DNA of 64,000 bases from Camelus ferus (GCF_009834535.1 NC_045696.1:79424001-79488000); one strand, 5' to 3'; shown: positions 1 through 14,335, numbered from the stretch's first letter. Numbers and translations are program-made. Notes: generated by a model not told the origin, from the sequence alone.

Positions 1-2234
1 GTGAGCCAAGTCCTTCTTGAGAATAGAGTGTTCCATACCACCCAGTAAGTGCCTTCAGCCAAGGTAACACTTTTCTTACGAACTTATCACCAAGTAACCT
101 GTATTAGCTTATTCACTGTTAGACTAATATAAGGAGACAAAAAGTTTTCCTGGAATTTGCCTTATATCTATTCATACTTTGAATCATAAAGGTAACAACT
201 GAGAATTTATGTTTTACACTGGTTTAGGCACAGGACTGTCACAAGACACCCAAATGATCTCTTTTGACCTCTTTTCACTAGAAGTCATTTTTACCCTTAT
301 TCTTTATTTTAGATTTCTAATTTTGTTATTATAATTGTTTCTATTATATTTATTAATGGCCCCAATAGTGTATGGATCCAAGAGAAATCTAAGAGTCCTT
401 GTGTTATATGGAAGACAAATACCCTATCTATCCTTAAAATTGTATCATGTTAACATTAAATCCCCAAAGAACTATTTTCCAGCTAGTCCCAAAAATGAAC
501 AAAAAATTACAATAATCATGTTCTGAAAGCCAGACCATGAACTCAATTCTCTTTTCTTAGAAATTTTTAGCTACGACAAAAAAAAAAAAAAAAAAATCCC
601 AGTCTGGAGTTCAAAAAAAAAAAATAACATTAAAGATGAGGAATCAGATTTGGGGACTTCTGGTGAATAAGATAATATCAAATAAAAGGAAGGAAAGTAA
701 AAGGAAAGAGAGAGAAATGTCATGGACAAATTGTGACCTCAGGGAAGATTTTAACTTCTGGGCCTCTGTTTCATAATCCTATACAAGGTTGTAATTTCTT
801 TTAGGGATTTAGCCCAGTCCTCCAACTCCGGCACCTTGAGTCTTACTTTTCGCTGGGACTCTATATCATCCCTAAGTGCAGCAGAAACACTTTACTACTT
901 AATTAATTATACGGTGCAAAGATGGTTGATAGAAAACATTTTTTCCTCTTTCTCTTCTTTTCTCTTTTGGCACTGGTGGGAGTATCAAAAGGGAATGATC
1001 AAATGTGGGATTCTGGACATCAGCAGGGGTGAGCTCTCCTGGAACTCAGGAACGCAGGGGTGAGGTACAGGGAGTCACAGGTGCAATTTACACGTGACAT
1101 TTTCCCCTTTTACTGACTAATTACATTCTACTAAGCACCCAATTGATAAGTACTGTTGTTGAGATCCCCTCTTACTTTTTAGTAGAAATAGAGAAACGAG
1201 GGTGGGCCATTTGCCAATACCATATTTAAATAATTTAGAAGCTGGGAATAAAACACCGTCCACTGATGTCTCTGCATGGCCAGTGAGTAAACCACAGTTC
1301 TCCTCTGCTTGGAACTGCACGTCAGGAGCCTTATGTTTTAGATCACTATCTTCACCCATATCTACTCATTGACAGACTCAATAGTAAAGTAATGCCACAG
1401 AAATGTGGGTCTCATCTTACTAAATGTAAAACTCAGTCCTTTCAAAAATATTTTATATAATTAACTTAACTCCCCACAGACATGTCTCTAATAATTCTGA
1501 GGAAAGAATGAATGAAATTTCAAGCTTTTCATTGATATAAAATATCTTCTAATTAACAACTGTAATGAGAAAATTAAGATAATAAAGAAAAAATATTTCT
1601 GAGTACAGAAAGCATCCAAACAAAGGAAGAGAATTCAAATTTTAGTCAGTTCCTTGAATGGGCTGGTAGCATTCATTCCAGAAAAGTGCGTTCTGAAATC
1701 ATCTTCTTCAGAAAAATCTTGTATACTCCTATTAGAAATGCAGTCAAGACACCATAGACTTTGTGACTGTTTCTCTCTTCTAACACACAGAAAAAATAAA
1801 CCCAAACTTTCAATTCAAAACAGAAAAGTAGAACAATAGTACTTGTATTTCAAAAGTAGAGAAAGGACTCTACTTCTGTTGCCATCATGTTTTATTTCAT
1901 ATTTATCAGGAAACTAATGAGAATTAATATAGGAAACACAGCCCCACAGCTATAATAAGATAATAGCTTCTCATAAACTTAAGTAACTTAGTATCTCTGA
2001 GCCACATAAATAAAATAAAGTAGTGAAGGCAATGCCTGTCTCACAGGGGGATTGTGGAAAGTGGATGGTATGTGTATAAGAAGCAAATGGCAGGCGGAAA
2101 CATACAATGCCTGTAGATATTTCTTATTCTTACTGATGGTTTTATGTAACTATCAGTGTTTTTAGGCAAAATAAATGTTCATGGACTCCCTAAAGTGTAA
2201 AGCAGAGTTTTACTCTTAACGACTATTTTTTAAA

Positions 2235-2350
2235 TCTATTTTTATATATAGTGGCTAACATTTGTAAATGTCAAACTCCCAAATTTATCCCCTCTCAACC
2301 CCTTTCCCCAGTAACCATAAGATTGTTTACTAAGTCTGTGAGTCTGTTTT
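2235..2350 (-). mobile_element. L1 3'UTR fragment
   Basis: caaactcccaaatttatccc...gtaaccataagattgtttactaagtctgtgagtctgtttt is typical of the antisense strand of laurasiatherian L1 3' ends. Confidence 0.7.
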
Positions 2351-5300
2351 TTATCTTTTTAAGTGTGTTATAGTTTAGAAGAGATACAAAATTAACATCT
2401 ATCTATGCGGTGCCGCAGTGGCATCACATCCCTACATGTGCAGGAAAGCACTCTCATCTTCTGCGTGTCCACTTAGATGTGCTGCTGTCACTCCAAGGGC
2501 TCTTCCCTGACTGGGCATCCTCCATCTCTCAGCCTCAGCCCTTCCTCTGCCCCACCCCAGTCTGTCTCTCTCATCTCAGATCGGGATCATTTCAGGAAGG
2601 AAAAATATCTTATTGCTCTGCTGGTGCACCTTCTTTCCCAATTCCAACTCCTCCTGTACACTGATGACAGAACAATCTTCCTAAAGCACAGTTTTCATTA
2701 GCAATAGTAAGTAAGCTGAATTATAAATGCTCTAAATAAAATAATACTTTGTATGAATTTTAAAATAATTTTCAAGACAGGAATGGTTAAATGAATCATG
2801 GTGCATTCCTCCTATTACATATGTATTGAAACTTAGGGAATAAATGGTATGCATTATAGACGTGGGAGGAGGTCTGTAATTTATTGTTAATTGAAAACAA
2901 GCAACTTGCTGAATAACACCTGTTATGTCATTCCATTTTATGAGTTAATTATATACTTACTCATATGATAGAGACTTGAAATACATATGTAAGAACATAA
3001 GACATGAGTCATAGCAATATATGTAAACAGAGGATTCTGAATGTGTTCACTGTAGTCCTATTTGTGGGATGCGCTTGGGGAACATGAAGAAGAGTTCATT
3101 TACTTATTCATTTCATTTATGGGGCATATATTTTATAATGGGCATTTTGTTAACTTTAATTTTTGTTTTTTAATCATCTACTTCATATATTCTGTCAACA
3201 AGGTATCTGGTGAGATGGAAGAGGTCAACAGAGTTTTTCACTTACTGTTTTATCTAATATTATATTGTTTCATTTTTTTTAAAAGACAAAGAACATGTAT
3301 TTCACCATTAATTTGAAAAATTTAAAAGCCCATAACGCTTTTAATTACAAATATGGATTTAGGCAAGGTTACCTTTATTGGCAGATACAGCCTTTATTCT
3401 AGTAGGAAATTATTTAGACAAGTTGTCATTTATCACACCATCTCAGAATTGTATTAAAATGGGTAACAGAACAGTGCCCTGCTGTGTTGTTGTTAGTATA
3501 AGCTAACATAAGTAGATTATATGTAAGAGCTTTAACAAGCTGTCGGAGATCAGAGTTAAGAGAGAAAAAAAATCCAGTCCAATATATTCTGTTCTACAAA
3601 TACTGTACTTCTAAATGAGAACTAGGAGAGAATCAGGAAGCTTTCTTCTGCCGTGGCCCTGGAAGTCTGATGTTCTTCACCTGATAGACTTCACCAGAAA
3701 TTCCTTTCTCAGAGAAGCTGTTTCTAATAGCTCAATGGACTAGGCTTCCTTTGTAGGTGGCAATCCTCTGCCTGTGACTGGAGGTGTCCACATTGAACCC
3801 ATGTAGCCATTTTTGGACACGATGAAAATGTTTGAACTAGATGCCCCTGGAGTTCCTTCCATGTGTGAGCTCCTGGGCTACAAAATTTCTCTTTTTAGGA
3901 ACTTACAAAATTTCCCATTTCCTATCAGATCAATGCTAAATACCCACCTTGTCACTTAATCATACACACATACGTGGCCAAGAGCATACAGAAGAGAAAA
4001 TGGCCTAGTGGGGAGCACACTAGAAACATTAAACAAAGGACAAAGTGACTCCAGTCCAGGTGGCAAGGGTGAGTGTGGAACCAGACAAAGCTTGAAAAGT
4101 TGGCAGAGGCCAAACCATGGAGGACAGTATCAGAAGAGCAAATGAACACCATAGGAGGGTTTGTAACTGGAGTCTCCAAAAAGATGGTGAAATAATCAGA
4201 GTCACGTTCTGAAGATATCACTTCTGGCTGTAGTACTAAGAAGAGATTGAAAGGAGTCAGCAAAAGTCAGCTCATGGCAATCCTTGGCTGAAGACTTTTA
4301 AAGGCTCCTCATCTTGGAGTAAAAGCTAAAGTCTTTAACGTAGCCTGTAAGGCTTTTTCTGATCCAGCCCCCTATTTGTCAGACTTAGCTCCCACAAATC
4401 CCTTTTACATATACAATATCAAAAGTTAAAAATACTTTAAGAAAAAGCTACAAACTTTTGGCTATTGAAAAAATTTTCTGAAAGCAATGAGACTCATAGC
4501 AGAAACTGAAGTGATCTCATCCTGACCCTTCTTTAGAAGACAACTACAGAAACCCCCCTTCAAGGCAAACTCTCTGTACTTATCAAAAATCCTACCTGTG
4601 TACCTAGTGAACCCACAACATTAGAGAAACACAAATATCTGGGAGCTGTCTTCCATGGCTCTTAATTTCAAGAGAGAATGGACAGTGGGAGTCCAGTTAG
4701 CTGTAAGAAATGCTGCTCCTTGAGCTTTTCTGGGCATGCAAGTGTTCAAGCACCCAAATATCTAATGATTGATTGACTGAATTCTCTGACCTTCATCTGA
4801 ACACAAAGCATAAAATGACAGAGCTAAAAGTGAACCAAGGTCATTTATTCTGCTGCACTTAGCTTATGGCCTTTTTTTTTTTTTTTGAGTGTTTATATAT
4901 AGACCATCAATGAAAGGATCCCTTCACATAAAATAATCTCACAGTGACTTCAGGCATTTTCCACAAACCTAGAATGTATCAAAATTTTTGAAAGGGAAGC
5001 AAGATGAAATTCTTCACCTTATTCCTAGAAATTTCACAGCTATATTTTCCACACACTCTGGGGGGAAAAATGAAGCAGAACAAATGTTTGCACATCCACC
5101 ATTTGGGAAGCCCCACATTGTAACCAAAATATCTAGCAAAATTCAAGAAGCACTAAGTGACATATCCAGCATACTAAACCCATTTCCACTGATGCTGCCC
5201 TCAGCAAAATGTTTTTTTTTTTCCCTCTAAGAGGAAGACACTTTATTTCCTACAATCTGGGATGCTTAAGATAGACATTGCAGATGCATCTGAAAACAAA

Positions 5301-6971
5301 CTTCTATGTTGTCAGCAAATCATGAAGATTGAAGGCTGCCTCCTAGCACTGCTAGATTTAAAGTTATGGCAGCATTTCTATTATAAAAAAAATCTTCCAA
5401 GAGTTTATACCCCCAGCTGTAAAAAAAATAAATCTGCTCCTGGGTCAAATTTGCTAGGCTTAAGAAAGGAGGAAAGTATTAAAGTTCATTATGAAATAAA
5501 GAACATTGTTAAACTCCATCTTGAAATTATAAATTACAAAAACATAATCTTCCAGGCTTTTGTGCCACAACTTAATTTTAATGTATAATGCAAGAAACAT
5601 AATGACCAGAATTTATGAGATGGAAACCCATTTTCACCTATTCTGAAGGCATGTTGGGAAATAACTTCCCAAGTAACTACCATTCCAGAGTAGATTTTAC
5701 CCCTAGTTGGACTCAGTTTACTCCTGTAACCATGGTTATAGGTAATTACAAATATCTGTACTTACTGAGTTGTCAAATGATACTGTACTTCAAAAATAAC
5801 TCTGGGATGAAACCAACATTTGTGAAGTAAGAAGACAGAAGTGAAACCCTTGCTTTTGGCAGCATCACTTTTATACACACATACACACATGTGTGTGTGT
5901 GTATTTTCACACAAATATTTATTCCCCCAACACATACATACACAAACAGAAACATAGACACATGTGCTAAGCACAAAGTCTTTTGTTGTTTTTGGCTGTT
6001 CAGGAGTAAAAGGAAAGTTAAATCCCAAAATAAATAAGAAAACAGGGGAAAGAAAAGTTAAGTCCCAAAGATTAAAAAAAAAAAAAAAAAAAAAAAAAGA
6101 CTACACTTAGAAAAAACAAATAACCTCATAAACAATCTTTCTCAAAACAAAGAGTCTGTATTCTTCACATGTGAGAATCTTCCACTTGCATCCGTAACAG
6201 AATATTCCTTACTCAGTGACCATTTAATAGATATTTGCTGATAATAAAGATTTGAGCTAGACATTTGATTTAAAATAACCACTTTCAGAATGGATTTGTC
6301 TCTCTCCAATCATTTAAATCTAAAACTATCTACAAAATTGCCAGCTGGAAGGATCACTCAGAGGGCCACGTTGGCACACCACATCTTGATGTCCTGAGAA
6401 GGCAACTTACCTACCGGCTCTTATCTTGGAATTTTCTCTGAAGCTCCCCATCTGGACCAACTCCAATTAAACCACACGTTTCCTCTTTTTCACTTCCTTA
6501 CCACATCTCTCAAGTCTCACCCCCCCTAAAAGTCTTCATCCCCAACCTCCAATAACTCTATTTGCATACAACATTAATTGGGGTGACAAAGTCCAGAGGT
6601 TTATGACACTTGAAAGAAAATTTAAGCAAGGCATGTCAGAAGAACACTGTTCTACATCAGGGAAACATGCAAGGAAAGAATTTTAAAGAGCACTGCTGCC
6701 TCACAGCTGTCCCTGCAGAGACGGAGCTCACAAAGGACTGAGCCTCTCTCTGTGGAGGAGGAGAAATTCTGAAGGATGGTATTATTAAATGAGAAGCTGT
6801 TAAACTGATCACTGCAAAAAATGGGAGCTGGGATGTCTGATCATAAAAGGTCAGTAGACACTACCTAAAAGGAATATACTGAACCCTTTGACCTGGGGGA
6901 AATGTAGAACACAGCCATCACACATATTATAATAACATTTTCTCCCTCCCTTCCTCCCTTCCTTCCTTTAT

Positions 6972-7071
6972 NNNNNNNNNNNNNNNNNNNNNNNNNNNNN
7001 NNNNNNNNNNNNNNNNNNNNNNNNNNNNNNNNNNNNNNNNNNNNNNNNNNNNNNNNNNNNNNNNNNNNNNN
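6972..7071. other. Assembly gap (100 N)
   Basis: Run of N preceded by a CCTT-type repeat. Confidence 0.99.
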
Positions 7072-7199
7072 GGGAAGAAAAGCTAATAATGCTCCTTATA
7101 ATCCTTTGGAGACTTTTAAATGGATATCAATGGGACTGCAGGGAAGTTTTCAATATTCGTAAGATTTTTAAAATTACTGATGATATGATTGTAAAAGCC

Positions 7200-7825
7200 C
7201 ATTAACTGTTTTTTCCCCCAAGTTCTAGCCTCTTGCAACATCAATCTAATCAAAGAGAACTGCCAAATTAATCTTCTTAAAACAGTTTTAATCATGTCAC
7301 TCTCTTGTGCACAAACATCTGGTGGCTCCCCTTTGCCTACCAAATTAAATGTAACATCATCACACTGGCATTCAGAGTCCTTCAAAAAGTCCCAATCAAT
7401 CTTTCCTTCCTGGTACTCCTTACCTCCTTCCCAGCTCAACTCCAGCCAGACATGGTCACAGTCCTTGTTCTTTGCCACCCCCATGCCTCCCCTCACTCAT
7501 GCCATTCTGTCTTTCTGGTATACATTCTCACCTTCCGTATTAACTTGTCAAATCTCTGCATTATTGCAGGTCACCTTAAGTCCCATCATTTTCTGATTGT
7601 TCCCTCTCTAACCTGATCTAAAACACCTTCACAATTAGATCCCACCTCCCCTTATCTTTTGAGCCTCCAAAGACTCACTTTTTCTTGTGTGAAGATGATC
7701 ACACTCCCTTACATTTACATTATATACATACCTGTCCTTACTTCCTCCCCCCATTGGATTGAGCTCCTTGACAACACAGTCAATAGGCTCCCCTGCTGCC
7801 AACACTCAATCAATATTGTTAACTT
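7200..7825 (+). mobile_element. L2 fragment
   Basis: atcatgtcactctcttg...ggtggctcccctttgcctac, ending actcaatcaatattgttaa. Confidence 0.7.
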
Positions 7826-8369
7826 CCAAGCCAGAGGGGTTTAAGGACAAAATGCATAAGATTTATTTAACCTTCACTGGGGTTTTTGTGGAAGGACACC
7901 AACTCGGACATGGCAAACAAGGTGGACAGTGAGGAATAAACAAAATGCGTTGCTGTAAATTGGTGATGGGACAGGATGCTGGCATTTGGGCATCAGAAAT
8001 AGCCATCATTTATTTCTTGATTCAACTTCCCTGAGCTTCCCTGAGACTAAACATTCCCTTGGGTGTAGAATGCGTTTAGAAGCTCTTTTAACTCTTTCAG
8101 TATAATTAGTGCACTGAAGAAGTCATTTGTTCAATGATCTGGAAGGCGGTGTGCAGCTCCCCTAAGGTGTGCATATGTTATCGGGCAGGAAGGATAGCAA
8201 CTTGCTGTGTTCACTAATTGGGTTGGCTACTAAATTTGTCCTCTCTTTTTATTTTTCAGAAATCCCTCAAATAATGATTTTTTTATGTGAATCATATTAT
8301 TAAAAGTGATCAGCATGATCACTTGACAAATGTGAACTTTTATTTTCCTAAAATCTCAAACTAAGTTTG

Positions 8370-8600
8370 ACTCTTTACTTTGTCTCTTTCTCCTGGGACT
8401 GTTTCTCTTCATCCAGCAGGTCAATTTGGGCATTCTGCCGTGCTCTGATCTTGCCGGATGTTCCTGGCGTTGCTTCCGATAATTTTCCACTTCGTGCCCC
8501 ACCTTCTGTATTCTCCGTCCTTCTCCGAGGTTTATGTGGTTTTAATGCTCTAGGTGAGTGAGTGTCAGGGAAAACCTCAGCGGTCCCATCTGCGCTTCTC
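8370..8600 (-). mobile_element. Ancient RTE-X/L4-like LINE fossil (ORF2 C-terminus)
   Basis: A minus-strand frame reads LEH*NHINLGEGRRIQKVGHEVENYRKQRQEHPARSEHGRMPKLTCWMKRNSPRRKR, resembling the RTE-type C-terminal pattern I..YR..W.EH..RM...R.PK. Confidence 0.5.
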
Positions 8601-9149
8601 ACAGCAAGACATGCCGCTAAGCTACTTGCAGGTTCTCTGGGTCCACTCCACTTCCACGCAAGTAAACACAGCACTTGATGTGAACAGGTAAATAGCTGGA
8701 AAAACAGGCTGAGAAGGTGCAACTGGCCTTGTATATGTTTCTCAGTTTTGGCTTGTCAGTGAATTATACTCACACAGGCTATGGCAGTGGGTGGTCTTTT
8801 TCTGAGCAAGGTATTATGTACCTTATTCATTATTTTTTTGGAAATCTAGACCTACACCTACCCAGCTCACAAATGACAATAATAGAGAAATTCTAGTGCA
8901 GAAGATGCATCATCTTTTTTTCCCCTCTTTGGTAAAAAAATGAATGCAGGATTTTTTTCAGAGGCTTACCTTGCCTTGATGAGGTTAATATTTTATTTGA
9001 ACACATAATAGCTTAATATGTGTTATAATGGCATAAATAGCTTTTCTTGTACCTTTATTTTGATAAGAATAAAGAAAAGGAGGGCAAATTCATTCACATG
9101 ATCAATTCTGCTAAAAATTTCACAAGCTCACCTCTCCCTGGAAATACGA

Positions 9150-9985
9150 CTTATTAACAGCATCCCCTTCCTCAGGGCTATACTGTCTCCAGCTGGCTAT
9201 TAACATTTCCAGTGCTGCCTTGCTCACCGTCCAGCCCCATATTTTTGCAATCAATTTCTCATTCTGCTAATTCTTCTTTGAAATACCTCTCAGATCCATC
9301 ATCTTTTTACTTCCACTGCCAGCAACTTTTTCTTTGTATCATAGAACAATTATCACCTATCTGTCTCCTTTCCTGTGTTGTAATCGATTCTCCAAACTTC
9401 CTCATCTTTATCCACGTTCTTCTAAAACCACACTTGTTATCACAATCCCTTGCCCAAAAGGTCATTCATGTACACTAGTGGATAGTTAAATCACACATCT
9501 TAGCCTTCTAGGCCTTCTAATATTTCACAACTGACATTGACATTTCATCACAAAATTCAGTATTTTCTGCAATCTAAATAACTGAACACTCCTGTCCCTA
9601 TTCTTTGTCAACTGCTATGTCTTTCCCTTTGCTGGACAAACATCCTATACCTCTGCCTGCTGAGAGCCTACGCATCCTTCCAAGCTGGTCCAGAATATTA
9701 CCTTTTTTAGGGAACATTTCTCATTCACAACCAACTTGATGAATTCTTGTGTTCTTATAAGGATCTATAACATTTCTTTCCCCTAATGACCTCTTTAGTC
9801 TTACAGTATATGTACCTGATCGTTTATAATTTACTTTCATACTAGATTTTAAGCACTCAAGTACAGCATGTATAACATGTACGTCTGTGTGTTATTAATT
9901 TGTACATACTAGATTCATCCTCCAACACCTAGCATGAGGCACACCACAGAGTGAATGCTCCAAAAATACATGCTGGATTCAATCA
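9150..9985 (+). mobile_element. L2 fragment
   Basis: CT-rich; actagattttaagcactc...cacctagcatgaggcac...atgctccaaaaatacatgctgga. Confidence 0.6.
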
Positions 9986-10896
9986 ACCTGTATTTTCTGA
10001 GTTATTAGTGTTCTGAAAATTTATGTTCATTTGCCTAGTCATTAATACAAATCTATACAAATTATGTACCTGTATGTTCTTTTTAGCAACTTACATTTAA
10101 AAAATTTTTTTCAGTTTTATTATGTAGAATTATTACAGTTTGACTGCACATACACATTATATTGCATGTAAATATATATATACAGTATACTGCACATTTT
10201 GTTAGTTTTCATATATGTACTGATTATTGCTTCTAAGAACAGATTAGATCTTTAGCTTTTTTTAAACTTACAAAGTTGTCAAAGGAACAAAGCCAACTAC
10301 AAAATAAGAATCAACAGAATGTGGTAATCCAATCATAAAGGACAGTCAAATGTGCTTACATATATTCAAGAAATCAAAATAATAAGTAGTTCATTTGTGT
10401 CCTTATTATTCATGGGATTATTTTTCAGATTCTTCATATAAATGATGTCATATGGCACTTTTAACTAAATGATTTTACTCTCTTTCCAGCTGACAGTTTG
10501 CGATTTGCTGTCTACGCATGTCTTTCTTAGCATTTTCGAGCTTGCCCCAAGCAAGGGTAGGTTACAGACTTAGAAGTCCTTTTTTCTGGTTGCCACACTT
10601 CCCTGTCATCTCCCTCTGTCTTGTTCTGACATACTTTTCTCTCCCTGAGTTCTATTTGGCAAAGATGACTCAGTTACGTATATGGCATTACTTTTAGGAG
10701 TTTACCTGACATCTGGCATATGGGAGGTTAACAATTTGTTTAATAGTCTAGCCTGTCCTTTTGTTTGTTTTCTGGAACCTTTTCTCCTTTCCTCTTTCTC
10801 CTCTGCCTTTGACACTTTCCCTTTTCTCAAACCTCATTTTTTTTCTAACTCACTCTCTATCCTGTCCTCCCTCCCTGAGTCCTGCTGGAGACGCAG

Positions 10897-11130
10897 TGTT
10901 AGAGAAGGCTGGTTAGCGGAAGTAAGGGTAACTGGTCAGGAAGGGAGGCACTGGGCAGAGAGACATCCCAGAGACACACGGGGCTCCTCGTTCCTCAGCC
11001 CTCTCAACACCAGGCAACCCCCCAATCCTACCAAGCTGCCAATAAACACCCTTTATCCTTCATTTCCTCCTTTCTACCCACTAGATACTGCCTTTGGTAA
11101 GGCCCTCATATTCACTGACACATCTTTACA
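10897..11130 (+). mobile_element. ERVL-type solo LTR remnant (MER54/MER74-like)
   Basis: Starts tgttagagaaggc, has AATAAA at 11041 and ends in CA (tctttaca). No clean TSD. Confidence 0.45.
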
Positions 11131-11149
11131 ATAACCCTCTACTCATCTC

Positions 11150-11970
11150 TACTGTGGTTTTTCATTCATGGATTCTGTCATGCACATTGTTGTCAGAGAA
11201 AGTATTCCAAAGTGCTCATCTGATCATGTCAAGCCTTTGCTTACAACATTTAATGACTTGTCATTATCTAGATAAAACCTCCAAGGTCCTTAGTCACAAA
11301 GATCTGGGAGCTGCCTTAGCAAGACTTACCTCTCAGAGCACACTCTGATTCCGTGCTGCTCTCTACCCAGACTAGCCCCCCTGCACCTCATCCCAGGAGA
11401 CCCTCTTCCTCAGTGGATGGACCACTTCCTCATGCTTCACAGTCCATTTCAAGCAAGATGATTATGATAAATCCTTTTCTCACCAGCTCCCATCTGAGAG
11501 AAAACTGGCCATGACCTCCTCTGGGCAGCACCCTTCCATCCATAGCCTTTATTTACTTCCCTCACAGCACCCCTACCATTTGTTACACTTCGTGGCTAGG
11601 GGCACAAAGGGGTTAAGCTGCTTGGTTTTGAATGACGGCTCTCCTACTCTCTAGCTGTGAAATCTCATACAGTTTATGGACCCTATCTGGGCTTCACATT
11701 TCTCATCAGTAAAGTGGGGATACTAATAGTCACAATTCCACAGGGCTTTCATGAGAATTAAGTTAATACATAAAACCCTTAAAACAATGGCTGGTCCATA
11801 ACAGGCACTGTATGAGTGGTAGCTATTATAATAATTATTTTTTACTATCCCTTGCTCTCTTGCCCCTTATGGGCAAACACCATATCTAGTTGTTTTTATC
11901 CTCACTTTCTAGTATACTCCCTAGGACATATTAGACACAGTAAGTGCTTCACGAAAGAATGAACAGATGC
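11150..11970 (+). mobile_element. L2 fragment interrupted by a MIR (about 11600-11830)
   Basis: L2 motifs ctgatcatgtca and cagtaagtgcttcacgaaagaatgaa. MIR core ctgtgaaatctc...tttctcatcagtaaagtggggatactaatag. Confidence 0.65.
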
Positions 11971-12217
11971 ATAAAAATAGGAATAAGTGAAAAACAGACC
12001 TTTTATTTCCCCAAATTACAACATGTCCCTTTTTCATTGTTCCCCTTAGATGTGAAGAGAACTATAAGGGTACAAACACAAGTGTTCACAGTGTCTGAGT
12101 TGAGAGTCTTAATCAAACTTTCCACCATGCACAGAGGGTTTCTGTTCTACTATCTCTCAGAATTATAAGAGCATCTCTGGGTATGCAGCATGGGGAAATG
12201 CCAGCAAAGCCAGGAAG

Positions 12218-12395
12218 CAGGACTGGCTGCATAATTTGTGAGGCCCAATGCCAAATGAAAATGCAGAACCCCCTGTTCAAAAATTATTATGAATTTCAAG
12301 ATAGCAACAGTAGAGCATTCAACTAAGTGTGAAGGCATTCTGAGTACAGGGATCAGTTTGGCTGCACAGAACACCCTCCTATGAAGCCAGCCCTG
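12218..12395 (-). mobile_element. hAT-Tip100 MITE (MER45A-like), full length
   Basis: Terminal inverted repeats caggactggct...agccagccctg, length 178 bp. Degenerate 8-bp TSD ccaggaag/ccagaaat. Confidence 0.82.
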
Positions 12396-13614
12396 CCAGA
12401 AATCTAACACCCTCTTCCTATCAGCTGTGCAGTATGTTCTGAGACACAGATTTAGTCTAGGTTACTGCCAGTTTTGTCTCTCTCAACTGGACAGAAGATT
12501 CTAGGTCTCCCGTGTTCTAATATGTGGTGCTGTCCAAGATCCAGCCTCCACCATCCACTAGAAAAGCCACTAGCCTCTTCATTTATCTCAGGAATCTAAG
12601 CTGCCCATTATCTGTCAAGCTCAAAATAATCCTTCATGTATCAATCATTTATTGGGCACAAAACATGTTCCCTAAACTCTGCCTATGGTGCTGTATACAC
12701 AAGGAGGTTTCATTCTCTGGTTTGCTCCATTTTTTAAGCAATGTCTGGCTTTTCCTAGGAAAGCCAGTAGCTGCCAACATCTAATAAAAGAAGAAGAGAG
12801 TAAAATAACCCTCTGGATGCATGCACATATTGACGGTGATACGAACGGATGATGGTTAAATCGTCAGGAAGGGGATCTCCGGCACAGGTCACTGGAGGAG
12901 CTATTCCATACTGTATGGAACATCCCTTACAACAAATCCAGTTAGACTTTTTCTTGGATCATCTAGTACACAGGCTCTGCCTCTTCAGCAACCCCAAATG
13001 AAATGCCTCAATACGGCGGTGAAAAGTCCTATCACAGAGGTAGATGGCAGAGCAAGGACAAAGAAAGTAAAGTAATTACAAGAGAAGATATATTTGCCAC
13101 AGGAGGGAAATTGGGGTTGGGTTAGAGGAAAAGAAAATTAAATTAGAAGGTGGGAAGGGAAAATGAAGCTTCTGGCCTGGAAAAGGAAAATCATTCTCCG
13201 TGCTCCTATTACACAAATGCGTTGTTGGCGTCCTGTATTAAAATATAAATTCAGTGCAGAAGCAATAAGGCTGGCAGTAACATGCACAGGCAGAGAGCCA
13301 AGAGCCTCGGCTGCTGGCAGCCACTCGGGCCCGAGGGCCCCCGCAACAGAGTCCAGGTTATATCTGTCAGACACTGAGCCACTGAACACTGTTATTTCTT
13401 AGTTAAGGACTCTGGTGTTGGCTTTGAAATTTTCCTCATTTGGGGAGCCATAAACAAGTAGTGATTGCATAGCAGAGAGGAAAAGAATATATTCTTACTT
13501 GCTCTGCCTGGTGAGGAATGATAGCAGGTGTAGTATTACTCAAATAAATGCAGATGGTGGGGGATGAAGGCTCTCTCTAACAAAGTACATTGTTTTTTAA
13601 GGCTGTTTATGTTC

Positions 13615-14335
13615 TCAATGAATATTTATTGACTCCCTTGTGAGTACTGAGAACATAGCAGTGAAGAAAAGAAATGTTCCTCTGAGGCAGACAGAGAGTA
13701 TATATGTAAGAACATAAATGAACAAGATAATTTCATATAGAGATAAAAAATGTAATGAAGGAAATAACCAAGAGAATATAAAAGAATAACTGGAGAAAAA
13801 GGGTGAGGTGAGGTTTTCTCAACAGTGTATTCAGCAAAGGTACTCTGACAAGGTGGAATTTTCCTAAGACTTGAATTATGTAAGACTTGGACAGGAAAAG
13901 AGATAGACATTGTACATTCAACAAAGAAGAAACAGCAAGTGCAAAGGTCCTGAGGTAGGATAGAGATTGGCTGTGCCAGTAACCAAAAGGAGATCAGCAA
14001 GGCTAGAATCTAGAGAGCAAGGGGGACATACATGGAAGAAGACTACAAAGGTGGGCAGGAGTCATCATGTATGATCTCATTTATTGTGGTCAGGAGTCCT
14101 ACATTTATTCTAAAAGCAACAGGAAATCCCTAAGGGGATTAGAAAGGGGTGATGTAATCTGATTTCAGACTTTAAAGATCACACTGGCCGCTATGCATAA
14201 AATGGAAGGCAGGATCAGGAGTGGAAATAGAAAGACCTGTTATAAGGCTATGGTAGTAGTTAGACAAAAAGGATGAGGGTTCTAGATTAAGGTGAGGGAA
14301 GTGGAGGAGGAGGGAGGCAAGGGGTGCACTGAGGT
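13615..14335 (-). mobile_element. L2 fragment, antisense
   Basis: tcaatgaatatttattgactccc...acagcaagtgcaaaggtcctgagg...taatctgatttcagactttaaagatcacactggc. Confidence 0.75.

Noticed and set aside
8375..8722. 115-aa minus-strand ORF as an extra NLGN1 exon or gene
   Set aside because: Non-ATG start and no similarity to neuroligin inserts. A different frame is better explained as a LINE relic.
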